From the NCBI RefSeq assembly GCF_006345805.1, contig NC_043001.1:45384001-45448000 (forward strand): a DNA stretch of 64,000 nucleotides, read 5' to 3'. The DNA comes from Octopus sinensis (Eukaryota). The position numbers and the translations under genes were made by a program. Positions 1 to 13,402 of the stretch are shown piece by piece. How positions within the stretch are numbered: position 1 is the first letter of the stretch; every line of letters starts with the position of its first letter. The notes under the pieces were generated by a model, which saw nothing but the letters and a program-made list of their open reading frames with translations, did no database searches and had not been told where the DNA came from.

Positions 1-776
1 TATTAGACAAAAATTTTGACATTATTTAGCTTCAATGAATTAGCATTGACCAGTGTCTTCAACATTAAACTATCATCAGTTTTCTTTCTTAGCCTTTATT
101 TGCCCCATTATCAGAACACTGAAGCAATACACATGTTATGTAAAAAGATTTTCCCCAATTCATCTACATTTAGTCACGATTTGAACACAGAACCCTTGCC
201 CAACTAACTGGATTCATTCTATTAAATATCCAATCCAGTTAGGGGAACTAATGTTAGTTGAACCAACCAAAAAACCTCCACATGGCTCTTTATAGCACCT
301 AAATCTGCTGTAAATCATATCCTATTGCCTAAGTAAGGAAAGGCAAGATGGCAACAGGTAGAAAGCCTTTAGTCAATCAGGTCCACTCAGATGACCTGGG
401 TCTAAACATAAAAAACAACTGAAGCCATTAAAGTTGAATAACTTGAAGAGCACAGTAATAATAATATATCAGTGGAAATATATAAGAAAAGTTGACCACT
501 AAACCACGTGATTGACTTATCTCTTTAATCATTGCAACTTGTTTAGAATAACAAAAAAATAATTGTTTCAAAAGCAGTCATTACTGCAATGTTGCACATG
601 TTACTATTTAACTGCTTTATCTATGTTATCTGTGACATCTGTTATAACTTCTTACTAGAGATCAAAAGACATTTTTGAACTCTCATCAAGATAAAATGTC
701 AGACGTCTATTACAATTCTGCATATGAAAAATTAGAATATCTTATAAAAACTGTGGGTTAGTTTTTAGGGCAATAG

Positions 777-930
777 ATAGCAGAAATGTTATAGCACAAG
801 ACAGAATGCTTTGAGTTATTGAGTTCTGGCTCTTTATGTTCTGAGTTCAAATCCCAACAAGGGTAATTTCACCTTTCATCCTTTGGGAGTCAAGAAAATA
901 AAGTACCAGTACTGGAGTCAGTTTAATCTA
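777..930 (+). mobile_element. Degenerate SINE, family 'B' (core GTTCTGAGTTCAAAT...CCTTTCATCCTTT...AAGTACCAG)
   Basis: Shares its core with better-preserved copies at 7495-7935 and 51720-51840. Confidence 0.6.
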
Positions 931-1860
931 CTGATATTGGTGTGTCCCAGGCTTTTTCATGCAAGAGATAATGGCTGAGAAACTCAGATGGACTTTCTTA
1001 AAGCTGCTTGCATTTTAAAGGTGAATAGGGAATAAACCTAAGGTGGGCAAATTATTCCTATGGGGAGCAATGAATCCAGGTACTCTTGTCTTTGTAGGGC
1101 ATAATGCTAGAACAATGCTACACAAATCCTATAATTATCAGGATATAGGGTATATACGGCATCATGCCCAATGCAAATTCACAGAAAAATAGTTGTTAAA
1201 GCACCACTGGAAGCTGTCTTCATATAACATGTAACCTGTTAAGTCCATAAGACATGATGACTAAAATTTCAAAATGAGTTTTAGGCTCTAAAGTGTGTTA
1301 TGTATGAGGTTTGACTATGGTTGAACTTATAACCATGATAGATAGAGTGAAATTGTTCAATCCAGTACCAAAATTATTTTGTAGACTTGCTTTTGCTAGT
1401 CACTATACTGTAGAGCTTGCACATATACAATATTCAAGATACAATATTTTCATATTCATCAGAATGTCAAATTATGATAGTTGCATGCTTTTTTCCATGG
1501 TATGACTGTCATACCAAATCTTTTTAACAGTTCATTTAAAATTTACCTCTGCACTATGTTGAGCCACACAAAGCAAAGGCCATAGCAATATGAGCAAGGA
1601 ATTCAAACACAAAGAATCACAGCAGATAAGGCTAACTTCTTTTAAATTCATATCCATTTACAAGTGTCATGCTATATGTGAACTACTATCCTCTAATAAA
1701 AGGCACTACACTAATTTTACTTGTCAGCAGAAAAGGAGTTACTGATTCAATAATTAAGCTCTAAACTAACTTGAAATTTCAAAGGTGTTCGATAATTTAT
1801 AGTGCTAATATCTAATTTCTTCAGACAAAAATAAAACAATACAAGACAAACTTTTGTTAC

Positions 1861-2010
1861 CTTTTCTTGAGTCCACGGTGATTTTCATATCTGGATTTGG
1901 AGTGGATGTCTCTGGTTCTGAAGAGAATGTGTGTAGATTGGCACCGGAAGTTAGAGAAGTACCATTCTCATTGGTGAACGATACCGTTCTGAAAGTATTC
2001 TGACAAGTAT
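1861..2010 (-). CDS. Internal coding exon of an unidentified host gene: (D/N)TCQNTFRTVSFTNENGTSLTSGANLHTFSSEPETSTPNPDMKITVDSRK, Ser/Thr/Pro-rich and stalk-like
   Basis: On the minus strand: tttcttttttattag|ATACTTGT...AGAAAAG|gtaaca. It is 150 nt, open, symmetric phase 1-1, with higher GC and several retained CpGs in a CpG-poor background. No resemblance to TE families seen here. Product not recognised. Confidence 0.65.
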
Positions 2011-2810
2011 CTAATAAAAAAGAAATGTACATAGTGTATTTGTTAATTCAAATATGGTCTACAATAGTTCACAGCATTTTAATTTATAAGAAATTTAAAG
2101 AAAAAATTTTGTCATCTTATAACTTAGTTCTCACTGGTGGTATGATGGTGCAAAATATGATATTTACATGTTATTGAGGACATAGTAGTGTTGACTTTGG
2201 GAGGGGGGGGTTATATATATATATATATATATGGGTACAGGACATTACCAATGGTGCAAATAACATGAAACACATAAACAGACGAGGAAAAAATGAGTGA
2301 AATACATAAACAATGAGAAAAAAATGGAAAACAGGACAGGAAAACAGAGAAAGGACTCTTCATCAGTTGTTGGCTGTCTATCTACTCCTCATTTCGTGCA
2401 TTCAACAAGAATATGAGTCTTCAAAGACAGTTGCTCCCATAAATTCTAAAAAAAAATTTTGGATTTATGGAGGGTCAAAGTTGGGAACAAAAAGATGACA
2501 CTGGAGACATACAAGGAAACCAAATGAAAACAAATATGGAGGGTCATTAGACCAGAATGAGAGGAAAATAGTGAACGCTGGGTGAAACATTTTTTTGAAA
2601 ATAGAAAAGATAGAACAGAGAGAGAAAAATATGCCCACTTGTTTAAACATGCAGGCAGGAAAAGAAAGATGGTCACACGAAAAGAAGAAAGATGAACGAT
2701 GGTCGCGTGTGAGCAATGAGAGAGAAAAAGAGAAAGAGAGAGAGACAGATAGAAAATGGTGAAGGAGGGAGGGGGAGAAAAAGGGAATTAGAGAAAGGTG
2801 TAGAAAAAAA

Positions 2811-2813
2811 CAG

Positions 2814-2871
<58 letters not shown>
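2811..2871. repeat. (TA)n microsatellite after a purine-rich (GA/GAA) tract starting near 2700
   Basis: Seen directly. Confidence 0.95.
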
Positions 2872-2873
<2 letters not shown>

Positions 2874-3325
2874 CTGGATACTAAACTCTCTAATAAGATG
2901 TGGAAATTAAAAAGTTTGTTAGCAACACAGACTGAAACAAATATTATTAAACCAGTAAGAGAACCCCTAAGTGGTTGCCTTGAATTACATCGTATCACCT
3001 TAAGAACAAACAATGACACAGTGGATAATATAGTCTTAGATATACAATGAATGTAAAAAGACGGGTTAGACATGATAGGAATGTCTTTAATCACAGGTCT
3101 AGGGCTGACATGTTGCTAAACATCTATAGTGATTGCAATAAGATTTTGAACTGCATCTCAATATGGATAAAGACTTTTGTTTAGTAAACACAGCAATAAA
3201 CACTCTTGTAGGAGTGGAGAATACGGTACATTCAATATATCACTAGTATTTATTGACTATAGTGTGATGAAAACTAAAATCGCCTTCAGTAGAATTATGA
3301 GAATAAAACTATAGCATGGTTCACT

Positions 3326-4400
3326 AATCATTATCATCACCGTCTAACGTCCGTTTTCCGCACTAGCACGGGTTGGACGGTTTGACCGGGGTCTGGGAAG
3401 CCAGGGGCCGCACCAGGCTCCAGTCTGATCTGGCAGTGTTTCTACAGCTGGATGCCCTTCCTAATGCCAACCACTCCGTGAGTGTATTGGGTGCTTTTTA
3501 CGTGCCACCGGCACAGCTGCCAGGGGAGTCTGGCATCGGCCATGATCGGTTGGTGCTTTTAATGTGCCACTGGCACGGAAGCCAGTCAAGGCGGCACTGG
3601 CATCGGCCACGTTCGGATGGTGCTTTTTATGTGTCACCGGCACAGGTATCACAACTACTATTTCCATTGATATTATTTTGATGTTCATGTACTTTACTCT
3701 ATAGGTCTCCTCAAGCACAGCGGGATGTTCTGGTATCCAAGGTACTTTGAATGGGCAGGGGCTATGCAGGACTGGTGCAGGAAGCAGCCCGGGTCTTTGC
3801 AGTCACAGCATATCTCCAGAGATCTCGGTCCTTCGTCATTGCCTCTGTGAGGCCCAACGCTCTGAGGTCATGCTTGACTACCTCATCCCATGTCTTTCTG
3901 GGTCTACCTCTCCCCCTGATACCTTCAACTGTTTGGGAGCGGCACTTCTTCACACATCTCTCCTCATCCATCCGCAGTACATGACCATACCATCACAAGC
4001 ATCGCTCTTGCACACCACATCTGATGCTTCTTATGTCCAGCATTTCTCTCAGGGTGCTTACCCTCTGTCATGCGTGCACACTGACATTACACATCCAGCG
4101 GATCATGCTAGCTTCATTCCTTTCAAGTCTACGCATGTCCTCTGCAGTCACAGCCCATGTTTCACTACCGTGAAGCATGGCAGTTCGCGCACACGCATCA
4201 TACAATCTACCTTTCACTCTGAGCGAGAGACCCTTTGTCGCCAGTAGGGGTAGGAGCTTTCTAAACTTTGCCCAGGCTATTTGTATTCAAGTGGTGACAC
4301 TCTCTGAGCATCCACTTCCACTACTAACTTGGTCACCCAGGTAGCGGAAACTATCAACTACTTCTAGTTTCTCCCCCTGGAGTGTGATGGAATCTGTTTT
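3326..4400 (-). mobile_element. 5'-truncated RTE-clade LINE: RT C-terminus, 3' UTR with tandem units, and (GAT)n-like tail
   Basis: Minus-strand translation GEKLEVVDSFRYLGDQVS...AWAKFRKLLPLL...LHGSETWAVT...WYGHVLRMDEERCVKK...GRGRPRKTWDEVVKHDL matches RTE RT C-terminal motifs. There are three in-frame TGA stops and no frameshift. The ORF ends at 3762. Confidence 0.92.
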
Positions 4401-4974
4401 TTACTATTTAAAACATTTCACATGGTGTAGATAAATATATTTGTCTTTTACACCAGAAAAAATATATAGAAGATTAAACTGTAAATTACATAAAAAAACT
4501 AGACAGTGAAAACCCATGTTATTGTTTCCTAAAGCCTAAGATTTAGCTTCAGTTTCTTAGTGTGAAGAGAATGAGGGGTAACTCTACAGCCAGCACCTAA
4601 ATAGAATGCAGGGCAGCATTTCCAAGTGAAGTGAGTAAAATTAAGTGTACCGCCCAGAGATATGACAAAATGTTTACCCCACTTAAATTAAATTTAAACT
4701 TGTAGTCCAATTCCTTATCAACTCAGCTGCTTTACAGCTGATAATCATTGTTGTTGTTTAATCCCAGGTCAATGGTCAGTAGGCCTTTGATCAAAAGCAT
4801 TCCAACTGTGACCATCTTATTTTTTACTAAGGCACAGAATCCAGGATCACCATTATTCAACGTTTCCATCCATTTGAAAGGGAGCAGTGTGATTTGAAGG
4901 AAACTTTGTTACTCTTTCTAAGTGGTCGAGTAATAACACGGAGGCTCCCTCATTGGTTTAAAGAGAATCTTATC

Positions 4975-5197
4975 TTAACCCTTTTGATACCAACACACCT
5001 GAGACTGTTCCTGATTCTTGGGTACAAACTTCTTGTTTGAAGTGACATCAATTAAAAACTTTCTACAAAATTTCATGCTAATTTATGTTCCAAACACCAG
5101 CTTGATAATGACAGGTATTTTAGTAAATTTTTCATTTGCAAAGTTAATTAAAACAAAGGCAATATATTTCAACAGAAATATGCTAAAGAAAGGTGAA
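4975..5197. mobile_element. piggyBac-type MITE (TTAA target), right end degenerate
   Basis: Starts TTAA|CCCTTTTGATACC; the right end AAAGAAAGGTGAA resembles a decayed AAAAGGG|TTAA. About 220 bp. Confidence 0.5.
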
Positions 5198-5838
5198 GGT
5201 GACAAAAACTTATAAGTTACGATTGTAAGCATTTGATTGGCTACTATTGAGTTTTAAGTTTGTTCAAGCAAAATTGAGTGGTGCTTACTCATTAACTTAA
5301 GTAGCAAATCAAATATTACTGGCTGCTAAATCCACTAAATACACTGGACTTCTTTCATTTAACCATGACAGTAAATGGCAGAAATGGATGAATGCCAAAC
5401 TAAATACCATGCAGAATTTAGTAATTCCTCTTCACATTCTGAGTTCAAACCCCACTAGGGTTGGCAATGTGTTTCATCCTTTGTGGGATGGTAAAATAAA
5501 GTATTACTTAAGTACTGGCATCAATTAAATCAACTGTACCCTCTCATAAAAATTATGGCTTTGCACCCCAAAAAAAAAAAAAAAAATCGTAGTTGTCATC
5601 ATCATCATCATTATTATTATTATTAATTCAAGAGTGTCTAAGTGATATAAATGGCAGAGTGCCAAATAAACTTTATGCAGTATATACTTATACCTTTTCA
5701 TCCTTCCAGTGTCAATTAAATAAGACAATGAAATACTAGGTTTAAATTCAGTTAACTGCATTCCTTCCCAAATTTGTGATCTTATATCAAAACCATACAC
5801 TTTGTGGAACATTGCTAGAGGACAAAGCAAGAACTCAC

Positions 5839-5862
5839 TAGTGACACACTCTTGTGGACACC
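5839..5862 (-). CDS. Candidate 24-nt microexon (G/R/W)CPQECVT, phase 1-1
   Basis: catgtcag|GGTGTCCACAAGAGTGTGTCACTA|gtgagt. Strong donor, weak acceptor, phase-compatible with exon 1861-2010. Confidence 0.25.
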
Positions 5863-6470
5863 CTGACATGGATATATTTCAGTTGGTCATCCAGAAGCAA
5901 TGACCAAAAATTTATGTCACATACATATTTGAATCAAATTGACATGTTCATATTATACAGCTATTTTTGAAAAAAAAAATCACATTTTATATTGTGTTCT
6001 GTAATTTGAAAAAGTATAAAATATTAGTTGAATAAATGTAGAAAGCTATGTGCATGCTATCTTTTCACCATTTTTCTGATAGAAGCAGAATGTCAACTTG
6101 CTTCCCTTTTCCTATCTAAGTGTTTACATAACAACGTAAGATTATATATATCATAGGTATTGTAAATTGACAGAAACTTAATTTAAGTGGATAAGTATCT
6201 ATTAGCATCTAAAACTATTCACTATCTGCTCTTACTCAAGAAAAAATGTCTTTGTGGCATTTATAACAGAAAAATGTTAAAATAATACAGAATAGGATGC
6301 AACAGCTCATCTTGCTTCCCTTGCACAGATTTTTTTTTTTTTGTGTGTCGTCTGCCACTGCTTGTCGTCTCATGCTAATTCCAACAATAAAAGATTGAAG
6401 CCTAAGATGTCATGTAGTTTGTATTAATTTTACAGAACATTAAAAGAATCATCTTATAAAAAATAAGTAA

Positions 6471-6510
<40 letters not shown>

Positions 6511-6779
6511 GACAGACAGACAGACAGAGAGAAATTTTGTGCAGACATGAGATGTTACCCTACTCTCCTACTAAATACTATGCAAAATTATGATGCAAAA
6601 TTATCAGGCAAATCTGAGCAAGCTTGATCTGATCATGATTATAATGATCGGCACAAAACTGCCAAGAGAGCTGTTTTTTTTCTTATAGTTGTTAGAATGG
6701 TAACATTTTATTTTCAAATAATATTAATTTTGAGCGAACATCCTTGAAAAGACAAAAATAAGGAAAAGAAAGAATTTGC

Positions 6780-7270
6780 TGAAATTTAGAATTATGCAAT
6801 CAAAGATGCTTGTATGTATGGCAGGAGCACTGCCCCACATGTGGGAGTAGTACTCTATTCTAGGTTAGTAGTTGGGGGATGAAGTAATTTCTGGTCCTGA
6901 AGAAGAAGACCAGTTTTTGTAAAGCACTCTCTACTATGATGAGATGTTCATGTGCATCACCCATATTAGTGAAGTGTAGCATTTGGAGAACCCTTAAGGG
7001 TTCTAGTTGCATATAAATAAATCATGTATCATGGAGATGAGGTACGATACTGTTTTATTGATATGTACAGCAACTGACTCTGCTGTTGAAGGAGACAAGA
7101 TTGGTATAACCCTCACTGGAGAATGTTTATAGTTCCCTGTTCATGAAGGTTTAGCATGAGACATCTAAGCTGCATGTGGATCATACTAGGTTGTGGAAAT
7201 GAAGGGTAACGGGAAAGGTGGTATCACTTACACAAGAGTGGAAATTGTTGAATACATTGAAGATGCTGAA
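6780..7270 (-). mobile_element. Degenerate LINE RT C-terminal fragment (CR1/L2/Jockey group)
   Basis: Minus-strand remnants EHLIIVESALQKLVFFFRTRNYF and LEY-SHMWGSAPAIHTSIFD resemble the RPxLEYCSxVW motif. Many stops and frameshifts. Confidence 0.55.
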
Positions 7271-7494
7271 CATTTATAATCTTTTCAAAATGTATATATT
7301 AAATGGATTGTGTCCCTTTATTTCTGAATGCTTTCTTGTAAGCACTCCTTCAAGTAGTTCATAACATAGACTAGAGTTATTCTCACAATAAGCTCATAAT
7401 GTAATAAAATATTTGTTTTTAAAAATTAGCTTAGAATTAAATTCAGCATCATCACCATCATAACTGCCATTATTATTATTAGCAAAATTATTAA

Positions 7495-7935
7495 GTCAGC
7501 AAGCTGGCAGAATCGTTAGCATGCCAGGCAAAATGCCTAGCAGTACTTCATCTGTCACTATATTCTGAGTTCAAATTCTGCCTTTCATCCTTTCAGGGTC
7601 AATAAATTAAGTACCAGTGAAACAATAGGGTTGATATAATCGACTAGTCACCTCCCACAAAATTTCTGGACTTGTACCTTTAATAGAAAGGATTATTGTT
7701 ATTATTATTAATATTAAGGCGATGAACTGACAGAATTGTTAGTATGCTGGACAAAACACTTATTGGTATTTTGTCCATCTTCACATTCTGAGTTCAAATT
7801 CAGCCAAGGTTGACTTTGTCTTTCATCATTTGGGGACAATAAAATAAATACCAGTTGAACACTGGTGTTGATATAATCAACTTACTGCTCCCTTGAAATC
7901 GCTGGCCTTATGCCAAAATTTGAAACCATTATCAT
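7495..7935 (+). mobile_element. Two tandem copies of tRNA-derived SINE family 'B' with (ATT)n tails
   Basis: AAGCTGGCAGAATCGTTAGC...TTCTGAGTTCAAATTC...CCTTTCATCCTTTCAGGGTCAATAAATTAAGTACCAG occurs twice, each followed by ATT repeats. Confidence 0.8.
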
Positions 7936-8289
7936 TATCGTTGTCGTTGTTGTTGTTATTATTATTATATTATTATTATTATTATTATTAGGACTGTGGA
8001 TTGGATGAATAATTAGGGAACTGGACAAAATCATTTTACATCTGCTTTCCATTAAAGCATATGCTGGAAAGAGTGTCACATCCCAGATTAGATTGGTATT
8101 GTTTCTAAAAGTAGAGACTCTTCTTCATGCCAACCACTCTAGAGTGTAATAGGTGCATTTTATCATGGCATCAGTTCTAAAAAGTATGCTATATTCTCAG
8201 CAAAAGTAACTTCCTCTCTATCCTATGTTGTCTCCATTTGCCAACTACTTTATAGAGTGTTTTGGGTACATTTTATTGAGGCACCATTA

Positions 8290-8625
8290 ACAAGGGTTGC
8301 CTTCTGCAAGACGAAGGGTCCTGTCTACAGAAAACATGAATGGGATGAGCGGAAGACTGATGTCCTGGAGGGTGACAGCAGGGTGATGAAAAGAGGCATA
8401 ACAGAAGAGGTGAAATGGAGGATTGACGGATAGCAACCCAAGTGGGTGATTAAGAGAGAGAGAGACAAAGAGAGAGTAAGTGAGTGAGTGGGGACGAGCA
8501 ATAGCAATGACCACTCAAAATTGAGTGTTAGACACCAATGAAGCAGTTGTGGTGAAGCAAACCGAGCCAAATCTTGGGTAAAATCGCTTATGCTATAGAA
8601 AATGGTCTGCTCATCAATCAAACTG
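8290..8625 (-). mobile_element. Possible degenerate LINE 3' coding remnant
   Basis: Minus-strand peptide IDEQT...LARFASPQLLHWC loosely resembles the L-HRR--ASL-LFYRY motif of CR1/Jockey-group RT ends. Confidence 0.3.
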
Positions 8626-9215
8626 CTTCCTATCTAGTGTAAATTTCTTGTTTCGTTCCCGAAAAAAAAAAAATGAAAATGTTTTGTTATTTCATTAAAA
8701 TTGCGGTAACATAGAAGAACCATAATTCACCTCAAAGTGACATAAGAATTATCTCCCTTGATAAAAAACAAACGTTCTATTTTCATTCAATCTATATAAC
8801 TACACACACAATGATATTTATACATCAAATTATATAATCTGTAAACAATTTCAAATTAACTCTTTCAATACCTAACATCAAATATATTGGATCAAAACAA
8901 CTTCTACTCAAAATTGTAGTTTCTCTCCGATTTGTGTGTGTGTGTGTGTGCGCGCGCGCGCCCGTATAAAATAATAATAATGAAATTATTGTATACAGTG
9001 CCCAGGTGCACTACAGGTGTATATATCCATGTGTAATAATAATTTGTCAACCTTACGATAATGTGAGATCGTGTCACTTATTTACAAGCAACATATTCAT
9101 TTTGCTTAGGGTTTACAAACATTTTTTTCATGGCTTGTAGTTATTTACAATAAAATGTTTTGTACCATAAGTCAGCACGCAAACAACAACCACAGACTGT
9201 TTTTCAATCTCTTCT

Positions 9216-9530
9216 TCACTTTCTTGTCAAGCCAAGTGAAACTGTAGTTATGGCCATTTCCAGTGTCATGTAAATGGCACCTGTGCCGTGAAATCGCAGT
9301 TGTAACGGTTGTCGGGTTATGTAAATCGCACCTGTTCCAGTGGCACGTAAAATGTACCTAATTAAACTCTTGGAATGGTTGGCATTAAGAAGGGCATCGG
9401 GTCGAAGAAACCATGCCAAATCAGACTGGAACCTGGTTCAGCTCCTCGGTTTACCAAATCTTGTCAAACCCAACCCATGCCAGCCTGGAAAATGGACATT
9501 AAATGATGATGATGATGATGATGATTGATT
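9216..9530 (+). mobile_element. Non-autonomous repeat carrying the RTE 3' tail, followed by (GAT)n, (GATT)n, (TACA)n and (CA)n microsatellites
   Basis: GGTTGGCATTAAGAAGGGCATC...CCAACCCATGCCAGC...GGACATTAAATGATGATGAT matches the 3' end of the LINE at 3326-3760. Confidence 0.75.
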
Positions 9531-10702
9531 GATTGATACATACATACATACATACATACATACATACATACATACATACACACACCACACACACACACAT
9601 ACATATATACATATATATATATATACACACAAAGCAAGCTGCAAAATGAAAATGTGACAGCCCACTTTTTATACATTACCATATTTAGTGTTCAAAGTTT
9701 GAATATTATTATTTTTTTTATAAATGTCAACATATTCAATTCTATACTTGTTTATTAATCAATAACATCTAATTTGTAAATTTGTAATGTCATTAGTATA
9801 AAAGAATTCTTTTTACGTTATGGTTTCAATCTGTTTCAATCTGCATTTTAATGCAGACAAGAGTTTTTCCCCATTAGTTGCTATGGACAACAAACCAAGT
9901 TAGTAGCTTTGAAACTGGAACTTCTACGTGATTCCCTGACGTGCTAGAAAGTTTTAAAAAGGGAAGGACACATTGGGTACTATACTCCTCGATACACTAT
10001 GCCTGAATAAAATATTGCAAGGATATGGTTAGTATGCTTTGATTATAGGTCTGTTGGATCACAGCTGATCTGAAGATAACAATAACAATTGGCTATAAAT
10101 GATAATCCATGACTAAATGTGTCCTAAGGACACAAAACTGTTTTCATTAAGTGTTGCTCAAACGAGTCAGCCCAGCAAGAACTAATCCGTCTAAACATTA
10201 TAATCATAAAGATTTGGAGAGATTTGAACTCAGCACTGCACATTAACAAAACACTGGTTAAATTTACATATTGAATATGTGTTTTTCTGTTTGAATCTGT
10301 TACAAACCAAAACTACTGTAGCATTGAGGCAATACTAGAGTAATACATGTAATTAGAGTATGTGAAAGAATGAAAGTTTTATCAGATCAATCTACTTCCT
10401 ATACTTTTATATATTTACTAGTTTCAATCAATCATATTGATTCCAATGCTTATTTCAGTCTATTCTTTATCTGATCAATCTGTCAAGCTATAAAGTTACA
10501 AGAGAAAAAGACAAAATACCAAAATATATGTTAATATAAGCATTGGACTGGAGTCTGAGGAGTTGTCCGCAAAGCTACAGCCTTCATGGATGCAAAGCCA
10601 TTGGTCACTCTATAACCAGGCATTAACTTTATTTCTTAAATGCTTTACTACTCTATACTTTAGAGTGTGCTTCTTTTTTAGATATATTATACTTTGACAA
10701 TA

Positions 10703-11510
10703 TCATCATCGTCATCATCATTGTCATTTAACATCCGATTTCCCTGCTGGCACAGGTTGAAATGTTTGACTGAGAATTGGCAAACCAGGAAGCTACACCA
10801 GACTCTGATCTGATTTGGCAAGGTTTCTTCAGCTGGATACCCTAATGCCAACCACTCTGAGAGTGTAGTGTGTGCTTTTTACATGCCACTGGCATGGGTG
10901 CCAGTCAAGCAGCACTGGCATCAACCATGCTCGAATGATGCTTTTTATGTGCCACCAGCACAGGTACCAGTCAGATGGAACTGACATTGGTCATGCTCGA
11001 ATGGTGCTTTTTACATGCCAATGGCACAGGTGCCAGCCAGGCAGCATTGGCATCGGCCCCACACAAATGGTGTTTTTTTACATGCATTAACTATGATTTC
11101 ACTTGGTTCAACAAGCATGCCATATCACCCAACAATTGACGGGTGCTTTCAAACAACCCAGTTATGCAACACTGGCATTGGCTATGATTACGATCTTGCT
11201 TGGCTGGGTGGGTTTTCTCAAGCACAGCATATCTCCAATGGTCTCAGTTGCTTGTCACTGCCTCTGTGGGGTCCAATGTTCAATACACACACACATATAT
11301 ATATACATATATATCATTGTTTAATGTCTGCCTTCCATGTTGGCATAGTTTGAATGGTTTGACAGGAGCTGGCCAGGCAGAAGACTACCCCAAACTTCTG
11401 TGTCTGTCATAGCATGGCTTTTACAGCCGGAAGACCTTCCTACCTTCCTAACACCAACCACCCCACAGAGTGGACTGGGTGCTTTTTACATGGTACCAGC
11501 ACTGGCAGGG
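10703..11510 (-). mobile_element. Two RTE-tail repeats in the same orientation (10703-11260 with tandem array; 11313-11510)
   Basis: Each has CATCAT...TTTAA(C/T)...TTCCCTGCTGGCA...TTTCTACAGCTGGATGCCCT-type sequence. The first has about 3.5 tandem units of ~66 bp. Confidence 0.75.
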
Positions 11511-12479
11511 TCATCAAATAACATGCAAGACAATGAATCTTTAAGAGAGGAGGAGAAATTGGAGGAGGTGATCTTGTATCAGATGGTGAAATGTTAGAGT
11601 ATGACTGAGAGAGATAGAAACAGGTGTCTTGCTGTAAAGGAGGTACATGGTTACTGGGGTGAGAGTAACAGAGGAGATGTTTGGCTTCTACTGCACAGTG
11701 GGATTGAACCTAGAAACATATGATTGTGGCGTAAATTTATTAACCACACATCCATGCTAGCATCTCTGTAACATACAATCTTAGATTTAATTGCAAATTA
11801 AAATTTAATTGTTGCTTAAACAAATAAAATGTTTTTAAAAATCATTTCATTCAATTATTCTAAAAAAAAAATTAGATATATATAAACATTACATTACCAA
11901 AATTCATTCGGTTGTTGGTTTTGTATAAACCTCCATTAAACAATAAACTTCTGAAATAAAAAGAAAACAGAGTAAAGGAAAGGGAATCATTTAAAGAATA
12001 TGAAAAAAAAAAATCAATAACTATGTCTTGTTTTTAAAAATCACAGGGCAAAAATAAACTTAATTTGTTCCCACCTTCACTGGGCCATGGATTACTTTTA
12101 ATTAATAGAGTTTGCACTGTCAGAACAAGTTTACAATTTTAAAATAATTTCTTCCTTTTCTCCCCATTAATCTCAGAGTCCCTACAAAAAGAAAAAAGTC
12201 ACAAACCTCCCAAGCCTTTACTGACTTAACCATAAAAAAAAAATGAAAGTAGTAAATTAAACTGATTTTAATTTATCATTCTCTCTCACACACACACCCC
12301 ACACAAATGTAAAATACAAAAACAAAACTCCAGTCCTTCCTGGGACAAGGGTTCACCTGTTTTCTTTATTTCTGTTGATGTATCTCCACAATAATTAAGT
12401 TTCGTGGGCACAGAACATGTTCACAACCTCTGATGTACAGAATCAAAGAATTTAAAAGATATCAAAAAATGACTTTGAG

Positions 12480-12990
12480 GGGAAAATATTCAAGCAACCA
12501 TTGGTCAGTTCAACTAGTCAGTGGCAGCAATTCTTTCCTTGTATGTTCCACATGGCACAGTAGACAAGAGATTGGTGTCAGTTAGTTCGGACCCCAAAAT
12601 GACAATTCAATGACAGTTGCTACTACATAGAGAGATATAACCAGATTGGTGATGCCACTCTATCATCCAAACACTACATGGGTATAACAGCCTATGATTT
12701 CAAGGGAAGATTTACACAACACACGCACTGCTTCAAGGATAGAGAAAACTCTACCACCACCCCCATCCAGAAATTACTTCCCCAGTATGCATGGAGCATC
12801 CTTGAAAGGGCTGGCTTTTTACATGGAGTTCACAATTGCCAACTCTGCTTCCCTGAGAAAGTACATACATTTTAGCAGCTTGCAGTATCCATCAATAGGA
12901 AAAAAACCAATGTATTGTTGTTGTCACCAAAGATACACCCTATTCATGAACTTTAAACACTGACAATCTGAAAATACCACCCAAAGCTAA
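12480..12990 (+). mobile_element. Penelope-like element remnant (GIY-YIG endonuclease region)
   Basis: Peptide YMGITAYDFKGRFTQHTHCFKDRENSTT...WSILERA...CQLCFPEK resembles the YIG-T---FK-R---H--SF...W-IL-RA...C-LC--EK pattern of PLE endonucleases. Degenerate. Confidence 0.6.
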
Positions 12991-13402
12991 CTAAATCATA
13001 TGTATATGCTACTATCATAGTGGCCTACTATCATTCAGCTGCATTTACATCATACAGCCATGCTCAACACCATCAAACTGGTTTTCTCCACAAAAATGTC
13101 AGATACCAACATCCAATCTGCTCTACAACGAGGATCATATAATGAATGAATTGCTGTCACTAACTAGCTGAAGTATTTAAGTGACCTAAACTGATCAATG
13201 GAGGCCTAAATAATTTAACCTAGAGGCCATTATAAAATCTCTTAAATTCACAGAAGTGTTATGCACTCATGTAACTTCAAGTAATGAGAAGGTGAATCAA
13301 CCTGTTATTAAATGCAATTTCAAAGTAAGTAAGCGTGTGTTAAGTATTAACTATTAGAAAGAAGAGTACTCAATACCATAGTATTATATTTTGGCCAAGT
13401 CA

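Noticed and set aside
3747-4247. 166-aa plus-strand ORF
   Set aside because: It is the antisense shadow of the RTE reverse-transcriptase frame.
13254-13324. Short open plus-strand exon candidates (also 9857-9898 and 19830-19875)
   Set aside because: Open frames under 75 nt with AG/GT ends are expected by chance in 64 kb of AT-rich DNA, and no homology was recognised.
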